Position numbers and translations under genes: made by a program. Shown here piece by piece: positions 8,806-17,288 of a stretch of DNA of 49,496 nt. The stretch covers positions 1 to 49,496 of the forward strand of contig JBDKFZ010000005.1 in the NCBI GenBank assembly GCA_039798445.1, read 5' to 3'. The notes under the pieces were generated by a model. The model was given only the letters and a program-made list of their open reading frames with translations. It did not search any database and had not been told where the DNA came from. This stretch comes from Candidatus Parcubacteria bacterium (GTDB taxonomy: Bacteria; Patescibacteriota; Minisyncoccia; Phycocordibacterales; EsbW-18). Numbering within the stretch: position 1 is the stretch's first letter; each line of letters starts with the position of its first letter.

Positions 8806-9201
8806 ATGGTCACCGATCCTATCTCAAACTTCATCATCGCTCTCAAGAACGCCGCAGCTGTCGGTAAGGAGCTCGTTCGTGTTCCGTACTCAGACATGAA
8901 GTACAGCATCGCAGCTGTCCTCGAAAAAGAGGGCTACATCACCAACCTTTCAAAGAAGGGTCGCAAAGGCGGACGCCCATTCCTCGAAGTATCAGTTGTC
9001 ATGACCGACGGCGCCCCTAAGCTCACTGACGTTAAGCGTATCTCAAAGCCTTCGAAGCGCGTTTACAAGAGCGTCAAAGAACTCACACCAATCCGTCACG
9101 GATACGGTCGTGTGATTATCTCGACACCTCAGGGAATCATGACCGGCGAAGCTGCCCGAAAGGCAAAGGTCGGTGGTGAGGTTTTGTTCGAAATTTGGTA
9201 A
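8806..9201 (+). CDS. rpsH: 30S ribosomal protein S8
   Basis: TDPISN, RISKPSKRVY, ISTPQGIM, GGEVL. Confidence 0.98.
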   Translation: MVTDPISNFIIALKNAAAVGKELVRVPYSDMKYSIAAVLEKEGYITNLSKKGRKGGRPFLEVSVVMTDGAPKLTDVKRISKPSKRVYKSVKELTPIRHGYGRVIISTPQGIMTGEAARKAKVGGEVLFEIW

Positions 9202-9208
9202 ATCATTT

Positions 9209-9742
9209 ATGTCACGAGTAGGAAAACAACGTCTCGCAATCCCTGACAAAACGACTGTAACTGTCGTTGATGGTCTCGTCACGGTCAAAGGGCCACTCGG
9301 TGAGCTTTCACGCTCGTTCCCATCTGACATCACTGTCACTGTTGATGGATCAGAAGTTGTTTTCACACCTAAGAAAGACACCAACGAGCTCTACGCAATC
9401 TGGGGAACGTGTGCATCACACGTCAAAAACATGATTGCGGGTGTCACAAAGCTCTACGAAAAGAAGCTCATTCTCGAAGGTGTTGGTTACCGCGCAGAAA
9501 TGCAGAACGGCAAGCTCGTCATGCAGCTTGGTTTCTCACACCCTGTCACACTTGATGTTCCTGCGGGCATCAACCTCACGGTTGAAAAGGGAAACCTCAC
9601 GATCAACGGTATCGACAAGGAGCTTGTCGGTCAGTTTGCAGCAAAGGTCCGCGACCAGAAGAAGCCTGAACCGTACAAGGGTAAGGGTATGCGCTACTCC
9701 GACGAAGTCATCCGTCGCAAGGAAGGTAAGCGCGCTGCATAA
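9209..9742 (+). CDS. rplF: 50S ribosomal protein L6
   Basis: MSRVGK, VKGPLGEL, GVGYRA, LGFSHP, PEPYKGKG. Confidence 0.98.
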   Translation: MSRVGKQRLAIPDKTTVTVVDGLVTVKGPLGELSRSFPSDITVTVDGSEVVFTPKKDTNELYAIWGTCASHVKNMIAGVTKLYEKKLILEGVGYRAEMQNGKLVMQLGFSHPVTLDVPAGINLTVEKGNLTINGIDKELVGQFAAKVRDQKKPEPYKGKGMRYSDEVIRRKEGKRAA

Positions 9743-9756
9743 CATCTCGAAATTCT

Positions 9757-10101
9757 ATGGCAACACTTTCAAAAAAACAGCAGCGCGTCACACGACACAA
9801 GCGCGTCCGCGCAAAGATCAAAGGCACGACCGAGCGTCCTCGTCTCGCAGTCTTTCGTTCGAACCGTTTCGTTTATGCTCAGCTCATTGATGACAGCAAG
9901 GGCGTCACAATCGCAGCAGCTTCTTCAAAGGACATGAAGGGTGGTATTCGCGAAGTTGCACGCAAGGTTGGCAGCACCGTTGGTGCCGCAGCTAAGGCAA
10001 AGGGCATCACCGCAGCAGTCTTCGATCGAGGCGGATTCTCATACGCAGGAACGATTAAAGAATTGGCAGAAGGCGCACGCGAAGGCGGATTGGCATTTTA
10101 A
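9757..10101 (+). CDS. rplR: 50S ribosomal protein L18
   Basis: GTTERPRLAVFRSN, VFDRGG, AREGGL. Confidence 0.98.
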   Translation: MATLSKKQQRVTRHKRVRAKIKGTTERPRLAVFRSNRFVYAQLIDDSKGVTIAAASSKDMKGGIREVARKVGSTVGAAAKAKGITAAVFDRGGFSYAGTIKELAEGAREGGLAF

Positions 10102-10112
10102 ATGATCATCAT

Positions 10113-10778
10113 ATGAGCACTGACAACGGAACACAAAACACAGAGCCAGAAGCAAACATCTCCACCGAGGGAGAGATGCTTGCTGCGTCAGCTCCTGTTG
10201 CTGTTCCGATTCCAACGCAGGCTTCTGGAGCACCTGTTGGAGACGAACGTGGTGGCCGCCGCAGCTTCTCGAAGAATCCTCGCCGCCAGTCACGAACTCG
10301 CACCGAGCGTCCTAAGCAGGAATACGATCAGCGCATCATCGGTATCCGTCGCGTTACCCGTGTCGTTGCCGGAGGTCGCCGTTTCAGCTTCAGCGTCACT
10401 GTTGTTGCAGGTAACCACAAGGGTGCAGTTGGTGTTGGTACTGGCAAGGCTGGTGACACCGCCCTCGCTGTCGAAAAGGCATATCGCTCAGCGGTAAAGC
10501 ACAAGATCCAGGTTCCGGTTACCGAGACCAACTCAATCGCACACGACGTTGAAGCAAAGTACTCGAGCGGTTGCGTTCTCCTCTATCCGGCTCCAGGCCG
10601 CGGTGTCGTCGCCGGAGGTGCAGTCCGTGACGTGCTCCAGCTCGCAGGTATCAACGACGTTGGTGGAAAGATTCTTTCTCCTTCGAAGAACAAGCTCAAC
10701 AACGCACAGGCTGCTATCAAGGCATTGGCAAAACTTCAGCCAGCACGTGTAAAGAAGCAGAAGCAGACGAACAGCTAA
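10113..10778 (+). CDS. rpsE: 30S ribosomal protein S5
   Basis: RVTRVVAGGRRFSF, PAPGRGVVAGG; long N-terminal extension. Confidence 0.97.
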   Translation: MSTDNGTQNTEPEANISTEGEMLAASAPVAVPIPTQASGAPVGDERGGRRSFSKNPRRQSRTRTERPKQEYDQRIIGIRRVTRVVAGGRRFSFSVTVVAGNHKGAVGVGTGKAGDTALAVEKAYRSAVKHKIQVPVTETNSIAHDVEAKYSSGCVLLYPAPGRGVVAGGAVRDVLQLAGINDVGGKILSPSKNKLNNAQAAIKALAKLQPARVKKQKQTNS

Positions 10779-10788
10779 AATAGCTCCT

Positions 10789-11217
10789 ATGCAATTTCAC
10801 CAGATCAAAAAAGAAAAGGGAACAACGCTCGTAAAGCGTGTTGGACGCGGAGGCAAGCGCGGTAAGACATCAGGTCGCGGTACCAAGGGTCAAAAGGCAC
10901 GCGCCGGTCACCGCATGCGTCCAGAGATGCGCGATATCATCAAGAAGCTTCCGAAGCGTCGTGGTTACGGTAAGCACCGTGCAGAAAGCGTCGACGGAAC
11001 AAAGATGCCACAGGTTATCGTAAACCTCGCATCAATCGAGAAGCACTACGCAGCAGGGGAGACAGTCAATCCTCAGACATTGCTCGATAAGGGTCTCATC
11101 CGCCGTCGTGGTGGTAAGATTCCTTCGGTGAAGATTCTCGGTGCAGGTGCACTCGTTAAGAAAGTCTCGTTCGAAGGCGTCGTGGTTTCCAAGTCAGTTG
11201 GAGAACGAACCAAATAA
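10789..11217 (+). CDS. rplO: 50S ribosomal protein L15
   Basis: KRVGRG...GKTSGRGTKGQKAR, KKLPKRRG, VKILG. Confidence 0.97.
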   Translation: MQFHQIKKEKGTTLVKRVGRGGKRGKTSGRGTKGQKARAGHRMRPEMRDIIKKLPKRRGYGKHRAESVDGTKMPQVIVNLASIEKHYAAGETVNPQTLLDKGLIRRRGGKIPSVKILGAGALVKKVSFEGVVVSKSVGERTK

Positions 11218-11254
11218 GACGACGGTAACGAGGAGACGAGATGAATAAGACGTT

Positions 11255-12526
11255 ATGAACTCCTTTTTCCAAAAACTCAATACGCTCTTCTCGGATCGGT
11301 CTCTTCGAAACCGGATTCTTTTCGTGCTTTTTGTTCTCTTCATCTCACGTCTTCTCGCGGCTATCCCGATCCCGGGTATCAACCTCCTTGCGCTCGATCA
11401 GTTCTTCGCGAACAACCAATTTTTCGGTCTCCTGAACCTCTTCTCAGGAGGTGGTCTCTCAGGCCTTTCAATCGTCATGCTCGGTGTTGGACCATACATC
11501 ACAGCATCGATTATCATGCAGCTCCTCACGATTCTCTCACCTCGTCTCAAGGCGATGTATCACGAAGAGGGTGAGGCAGGTCGCCAGCGCGTCAGCCAGT
11601 ACTCACGTGCCCTCACCGTTCCGCTCGCAGCACTCCAAGCTTTTGCCTTCATCACACTCTTCCAGAAGAACGGCATCATCTTGCCGCTCTCTCCAATGGA
11701 GCTCGGTACCAACATCGCAATCATCACTGCAGGTTCGATGCTCCTCGCATGGATCGGTGAGCTCTTGAGTGAATTCGGCATCGGTAACGGTGTTTCTATC
11801 ATCATCTTTGCCGGTATCGTCGCCGGTCTTCCGGGCGTCGTCGAACAGCTCGCGCTTACCTTTACGCCTGAGCAGATTCCGCTCTACATCGGATTTGCGG
11901 TCATCGCACTTCTCGTCATCTTTGGTGTCGTGTTTATCACCGAAGCTGAGCGTCCGATTCCTGTTACCTACGCACGACGTACCCGGGGCAACCAGGTCTC
12001 CGGTGGTGTTTCGACATACCTCCCACTCCGCCTCAACCAGGCAGGTGTCATGCCGGTTATCTTCGCCCTCTCGATCCTTCTCTTCCCACAGATGATCGGT
12101 AACTTCCTTGCGACATCGGCAAATCCGATGCTCCTCAAGGTTTCAACGGTTCTCTTGAGCCTTTTCAACAACAATGTGCTCTACGGCGTCCTCTACTTCG
12201 CGCTGGTCTTCCTCTTTACGTACTTCTACACTGCCGTCACCTTTGATCCGGATGCAATCTCGCAGAATCTCCAGCGTGGTGGTGCATTCATTCCTGGTGT
12301 TCGACCCGGCCAGTCGACGTCCGAATACATCGGAAGCATCCTCACTCGTCTCACGATGTTCGGCGCCCTCTTCCTCGGTATCATCGCCGTTCTTCCGCTC
12401 ATCATGCAGGCAGCAACGGGTATCCAGTCGCTCGCAATCGGTGGTACAGGACTCCTCATCGTGGTCTCGGTTATCATCGACATCATCAAGAAGGTGGACG
12501 CACAGCTCTCGCTTCGCGAATACTAA
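11255..12526 (+). CDS. secY: Preprotein translocase subunit SecY
   Basis: LGVGPYITASII, GIGNGVSIII, AGVMPVIFA, FIPGVRPG, GGTGLLIVV. Confidence 0.98.
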   Translation: MNSFFQKLNTLFSDRSLRNRILFVLFVLFISRLLAAIPIPGINLLALDQFFANNQFFGLLNLFSGGGLSGLSIVMLGVGPYITASIIMQLLTILSPRLKAMYHEEGEAGRQRVSQYSRALTVPLAALQAFAFITLFQKNGIILPLSPMELGTNIAIITAGSMLLAWIGELLSEFGIGNGVSIIIFAGIVAGLPGVVEQLALTFTPEQIPLYIGFAVIALLVIFGVVFITEAERPIPVTYARRTRGNQVSGGVSTYLPLRLNQAGVMPVIFALSILLFPQMIGNFLATSANPMLLKVSTVLLSLFNNNVLYGVLYFALVFLFTYFYTAVTFDPDAISQNLQRGGAFIPGVRPGQSTSEYIGSILTRLTMFGALFLGIIAVLPLIMQAATGIQSLAIGGTGLLIVVSVIIDIIKKVDAQLSLREY

Positions 12527-12528
12527 AA

Positions 12529-12620
12529 AGCTAGTAGCTACTGGCTATTAGGCAGAAGTCCAAACACCCGTTTGGGCTTTTGTTTTGTAATAGCTAATAG
12601 CCAATAGCTACTGGTATACT
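12529..12620. repeat. Terminator hairpin flanked by inverted heptamer repeats, running into adk -10 box
   Basis: Hairpin at about 12553-12582. TAATAGC-TAATAGC-CAATAGC (12588-12608) is nearly complementary to 12536-12550. TATACT at 12615-12620. Confidence 0.65.
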
Positions 12621-12626
12621 CTCGGC

Positions 12627-13220
12627 ATGGACCTCCAAACACTGGTTTTTATAGGCCGATCGGGTTGCGGTAAGGGCACTCAGGCTAAATTGATTATGGA
12701 AGAGATCAAGCGGCGTGATGTTGACCACGGTGTGACCTATATCGAGACAGGTGAGCGGTTTCGCAATTTTCTCAAAGGGGATTCATTTTCATCGGGTCTT
12801 TCGCGCGCCATCTATGAAAAGGGCGGACTTCAACCCGAGTTTCTTGCCGTCTACATGTGGTCAACAGCATTCGTAGAATCGCTCAAAGGATCAGAACATC
12901 TCGTGCTTGACGGTCTTCCACGAAAACAGCACGAGGCTGCTGTGCTTGATTCAGCCTTCTCATTCTATGGCAGAACAATGCCGACCATCGTTCATATCAA
13001 TGTCTCAAATGAATGGTCACGAGAGCGGCTGTTGAGTAGAAAGCGCATTGATGATGTGACCGAAGAAATTGAACAGCGTCTTTCATGGTTCGAGAGCGAT
13101 GTAAAACCTGCAATTGATTGGTACCGAACCGCACCGGGGTATCGATTCATCGAAGTGAACGGCGAGCGATCTGTCGAAGAGATTCATGCTGATATCAAAC
13201 AAGCTATCCTTGGCGAATAA
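12627..13220 (+). CDS. adk: Adenylate kinase / nucleoside monophosphate kinase (short LID)
   Basis: GRSGCGKGTQA P-loop, LDGLPR, R-x-DD; position between secY and map. Confidence 0.88.
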   Translation: MDLQTLVFIGRSGCGKGTQAKLIMEEIKRRDVDHGVTYIETGERFRNFLKGDSFSSGLSRAIYEKGGLQPEFLAVYMWSTAFVESLKGSEHLVLDGLPRKQHEAAVLDSAFSFYGRTMPTIVHINVSNEWSRERLLSRKRIDDVTEEIEQRLSWFESDVKPAIDWYRTAPGYRFIEVNGERSVEEIHADIKQAILGE

Positions 13221-13222
13221 CT

Positions 13223-13993
13223 ATGGCGACAATTAAAACACCAGAAGAGATAGTGATCCTTCGCCAAGGCGGGAAGCGTCTCGCACGGCTCATCGAACTT
13301 GTGAAAGCGGAGGCAAAAGTCGGCGTTCCGATTCGCGACCTCGACGCGCTTTTTGAGCGCGAGGCTCGTGCCGGAGGCGACACACCTGCTTTCTTGGGTT
13401 ACACGCCGTCAGGTGCGGAGCGCCCCTTTCCAGCATCGCTCTGTGTTTCGGTCAACGACGAAGCCGTGCACGGAGTGCCAACCGAGAGTGACTATGTGCT
13501 CCAAGATGGAGACATCGTGAGCCTCGACGCGGGTCTTACTCACCAAGGGCTTATCACTGACATGTGCACGACTGTGGCGGTCGGTACGGTGGACAAGATG
13601 GGCCTCGAACTCATCAGGGTGGCCAAGAAAGCACTCATGGCGGGAATCCACGCGGCGCGTGGAGGCGACCGCCTTGGTGACATTGGAGCAGCCATCGACG
13701 CAGAACTCGACGGTACGGGCTTTGGAGCTATTCCTGACCTTGGAGGCCATGGTGTGGGGCACAAGGTGCACGAGGCACCTCACATCTTTCACTTTGGCGA
13801 AGCCGGGACCGGAGCAAAACTTGTTCCAGGGATGATCATCACTATCGAACCGACCGTCTCCGAAGGTAGCACCGACATCGAGCTCGCTGAGGATGGCTAT
13901 ACATACAAAACCATTGACGGATCGCGCACCGCGCAGTTTGAACACACCATCGTTATCACCAACGGAGAACCCGAAATTTTGACATTACCTTAA
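13223..13993 (+). CDS. map: Type I methionine aminopeptidase
   Basis: CVSVNDEAVHG, GHGVG..VHE, ITIEP, AQFEHT. Confidence 0.97.
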   Translation: MATIKTPEEIVILRQGGKRLARLIELVKAEAKVGVPIRDLDALFEREARAGGDTPAFLGYTPSGAERPFPASLCVSVNDEAVHGVPTESDYVLQDGDIVSLDAGLTHQGLITDMCTTVAVGTVDKMGLELIRVAKKALMAGIHAARGGDRLGDIGAAIDAELDGTGFGAIPDLGGHGVGHKVHEAPHIFHFGEAGTGAKLVPGMIITIEPTVSEGSTDIELAEDGYTYKTIDGSRTAQFEHTIVITNGEPEILTLP

Positions 13994-14015
13994 GATAGGC
14001 GAAGATAGGGTATCT

Positions 14016-17000
14016 ATGAGCGAAAAAGCACCTAAGCTTGCAACGATCGGTGAACAGTTGGAAGCCGCAAGTAAGGCCGTCCCCGCAGTCGACAAGAAAG
14101 GAGTAGAAGCACCTCAATCTACCCCTGCACCTAAAAAACGATCTCCCAAGACCCCTTCGTCGAAGGTGTCTCGAGCTCCGAAATCTGCACCACAAAGTGC
14201 ATCACAAGAAAGTGCGTCTACGGCAGAAAAACAGCTTCGCTCTGAAGAAGCTTTTTTCGAGAATTTTTTCAATAAGGGAGATAGAGATTCAAAAAGATTT
14301 GAAGAGTGGTTTAGGTCAACAGAGAAGAATATCGAGGACACGGAATTTGATCCAGGAGAAAAGGATAAACATCTGAAAAAACTTCAGGAACTCAAGGAGC
14401 TCGTTGGTAATCTCCCAGAGATGAGCGCGACATCCGTTGAAGATCGTAAGAAAGCGGAACGCGTCCTTCAGTATCTTAGCAACAAGAATATGGTCGTTCT
14501 TCCCGATGTGGAGGATGGTGGCGATGTGGCCAAAACGTCGACCGAAGCTTCTCGGTCGGATATGGGGGATGGTGTTACAACGCCTTTGCCTACGGAGACT
14601 CCGGAAAAGGCGCCTGGGGCCGTTGCGCCGCTTCCTGTTGATGCTCCTGAAGCGTCTTCCACAACACCAAAAGCTCGTCGATCTTCAGGTAGGTCTAAGG
14701 AGCCTGTCCCAGAAGGATTTAAGGCATTCTCAGACAAATTCGAATCTAACTTCAACATCTCCGAGGAACAGCTGATGACAATCCCTGGGTATAAGGGTCT
14801 CTCATTCGGACAACGTGCGCTTGTTCAGGAGCGTTTTCAACAAGTGTTACTCGGTAAGATTCAAGAAGATGCATCGAGCGTCGAACAAAAGACAGGAGGC
14901 AAGGCTTCTGGTGTGGTAGGCAAATGGGTCGAAGGGGCTATGAAAGGCTATCGCGTCGCAGAACTCGAGAAAGGTATTGCTCAAGCGGCGTCAAAAGGAG
15001 GCATCGATGCTCATCGTTCAACGCTCGAAGAGCTTGTTTTTGTTGCCATAGGGCTTGGTGATGAGGCGTCGTTCGATGCAGAGGGCAATCTCAACGTCTC
15101 CTACGTGTCGGAGTTCAAGGCAGAGAATCCTAAGCAAGAGAAGGAGGCCACACGTTTTGATGAGGCGGCAGCGCGCTTGAGCCAGATCCCAGCGGAGTGG
15201 TCTGCGGATACCGCGACATTGCCTCAGCGAATCAAGTATGCGACCGCCCGCAGGGCGTATGACAAGGCGCGAGAGAATATGTTGTTTATGAAAGAGGCCC
15301 AGGGCGGGGACGCACTTGAGAGCGCTTTGTGGATGAACAAGATCGATAAACGCGTTCGTATGGATCAGCTTCTCTCAACACATCCTGAAGCAAAAGAAGA
15401 ACTTGAAAGCATCAAAGATCCGACGTTATGGACGAAGGTCTTTCAAAATGTAGGTGCCGAACGTGCCGCGTACTTTGTTGGGGGTGGTCTCAGCCGACTT
15501 CTTAGCGTCTCTATGTTTGGGGCAATTGCTGCTCCTGTTGTGACGGGGCTGGCCGGTGGTATGAAAGCACGCTCACGCGCCAAAGAGGGACTTCGTGAGA
15601 GCGACAAACTCGCGCGTCGTGGTACCAAAGATAAGGGGGAGATGGCACAGAACATGATTGACGTGACGAAGAACAAGACCGCAGAAAAACTCGATAAGCT
15701 TACCGATGAGATCGCAAAGGAGACAGATTATAAAAAACGTGGAGTGCTCGTCGCTCGTCTCCGCGAACGCATCAAATATACCCAAGACAAGCTCGAAGAT
15801 GGCAAGGTGAGCTTTGGAGCGTTCTCGGAACGCATCAAGAATCAGCTTGATCTTAGCCAGGCGCTCGGGCGTGCCTCTGTTGCCGCAATCGAAAATCCTG
15901 AACACGCAGGTAAGACGTATGCTGAGGTGCTCTCGAGGAATGTCGCCGCTTTCATGGAAAAGAAAGATGAGGCTGTTGATAAGAAGCGCGCAGGGTATTT
16001 GAACAACACAATGGTGAAAGGCGCTCTTATAAGCGCCGGATTTGGTGCCGCGGGTCGTTGGGCTTCGCATTTTGTATTTGATGACCACTCAGCACACGAG
16101 TTGGTTGATTCCAAGGGTGCTCAAAAAGTACATCTCGGTGGAGGTTCGTTTGGTGGTGCTGGGGCCTCTGACGGTGTCGAACATGGGAGTTCGACGATTG
16201 ATATGACGTCCACTCATGGACTAGGATCGACAGCTGCAGGAGCCCACGAACTTGTATCCGGACACGGCGGAAAGGCTGCCGAAGGTGCTGTGGCGGCTCT
16301 CGAAATCGGCAAGCGCGGTCCCGAGGGTTCTATCATCGACTATTTCAAAAACAACGAAGATGCCGCCAAGAAGTTTGGATGGGACGGCAAGGGTGACATC
16401 AAGAAGTGGGCGGGTACCAAAGCCCACGCATTGTGGCTCGAGCACACATCCAAAGCACTCGAAAGTGACGAAGTAAAAGAATCTCTCACAAAGCTCGGCT
16501 ACACCAATGATGTTGAGGGATACACAAAGATGATGACGCACATCAAGTCGGGTGGTGTTGCTCTCGATACCCAACACGGGGGCGTTACGCTTTCGAACAT
16601 GGAATATTTGAAGGATCGCCCAGTCGCAGCGGCAGCCTCCTTGGAACCAGAAGTCCTTGAGACACTCGATGTGGGTCGTCTTCCTGTGGCAGATATCGAA
16701 ACTCTGTCCGACGCCCCTCAAGGAGAACCTATTGAGGAAGAAATCGTTCTGCATGATGCACCTGTTGAGGAACATGCTCCGGGTATCCCGTATGACCGAA
16801 ATCCGGATGTTTCTAAAGTCAGTTATGATGGCATTCCATTTGATCGCAATCCTGGAATGTCTCGGATAGGATACGAAGGAATACCTTTTGATCGTCACGC
16901 AGGACCGTTTCTTGATACAAGTGGCATGAACCTCTCCCAAGCTGTCGTGGAGCGCATGAATCATGATCTAACCGAAGTCTTTGGCACGACTGATGAGGGA

Positions 17001-17222
17001 CAGTCAGAATGGCCTCAGTGGCGCAATTATGGGGCACGCCGATTCCTCAACCTCCATGTTGATGCAGAACAGGGCCACGCAGCGCATTTGCAGGGTTATC
17101 TCAGGGACCTCGAAGCCCGTTCAGGCCTCCGCCCTCGTGCCCGCATCTTTTGGTTCAATCAAACAGTCGATCAGTACATCCGCCGCGCACTCAAGATCAT
17201 TGAACTGAGAGAGCGCTCATAA
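14016..17222 (+). CDS. Large hypothetical protein (1068 aa): disordered N-terminus, helical core, Gly-rich hydrophobic segments
   Basis: 3.2-kb uninterrupted ORF; no recognisable catalytic motif. Confidence 0.9.
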   Translation: MSEKAPKLATIGEQLEAASKAVPAVDKKGVEAPQSTPAPKKRSPKTPSSKVSRAPKSAPQSASQESASTAEKQLRSEEAFFENFFNKGDRDSKRFEEWFRSTEKNIEDTEFDPGEKDKHLKKLQELKELVGNLPEMSATSVEDRKKAERVLQYLSNKNMVVLPDVEDGGDVAKTSTEASRSDMGDGVTTPLPTETPEKAPGAVAPLPVDAPEASSTTPKARRSSGRSKEPVPEGFKAFSDKFESNFNISEEQLMTIPGYKGLSFGQRALVQERFQQVLLGKIQEDASSVEQKTGGKASGVVGKWVEGAMKGYRVAELEKGIAQAASKGGIDAHRSTLEELVFVAIGLGDEASFDAEGNLNVSYVSEFKAENPKQEKEATRFDEAAARLSQIPAEWSADTATLPQRIKYATARRAYDKARENMLFMKEAQGGDALESALWMNKIDKRVRMDQLLSTHPEAKEELESIKDPTLWTKVFQNVGAERAAYFVGGGLSRLLSVSMFGAIAAPVVTGLAGGMKARSRAKEGLRESDKLARRGTKDKGEMAQNMIDVTKNKTAEKLDKLTDEIAKETDYKKRGVLVARLRERIKYTQDKLEDGKVSFGAFSERIKNQLDLSQALGRASVAAIENPEHAGKTYAEVLSRNVAAFMEKKDEAVDKKRAGYLNNTMVKGALISAGFGAAGRWASHFVFDDHSAHELVDSKGAQKVHLGGGSFGGAGASDGVEHGSSTIDMTSTHGLGSTAAGAHELVSGHGGKAAEGAVAALEIGKRGPEGSIIDYFKNNEDAAKKFGWDGKGDIKKWAGTKAHALWLEHTSKALESDEVKESLTKLGYTNDVEGYTKMMTHIKSGGVALDTQHGGVTLSNMEYLKDRPVAAAASLEPEVLETLDVGRLPVADIETLSDAPQGEPIEEEIVLHDAPVEEHAPGIPYDRNPDVSKVSYDGIPFDRNPGMSRIGYEGIPFDRHAGPFLDTSGMNLSQAVVERMNHDLTEVFGTTDEGQSEWPQWRNYGARRFLNLHVDAEQGHAAHLQGYLRDLEARSGLRPRARIFWFNQTVDQYIRRALKIIELRERS
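16782..16895 (+). repeat. 16-aa tandem repeat (GIP[YF]DR..., ~2.4 copies) within large ORF
   Basis: GIPYDRNPDVSKVSYD / GIPFDRNPGMSRIGYE / GIPFDRH at a 48-nt period (16782, 16830, 16878). Confidence 0.85.
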
Positions 17223-17288
17223 GAGCTCCGCTCCTTGCTCCCTCCGCTTTCTAATCGCTAATCGCCAATCGCTTGGTATACTTTCCTC

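Noticed and set aside
1032-12551. Many alternative-frame and antisense ORFs over ribosomal genes and secY
   Set aside because: Shadow ORFs caused by strong codon bias; no initiation signals or motifs.
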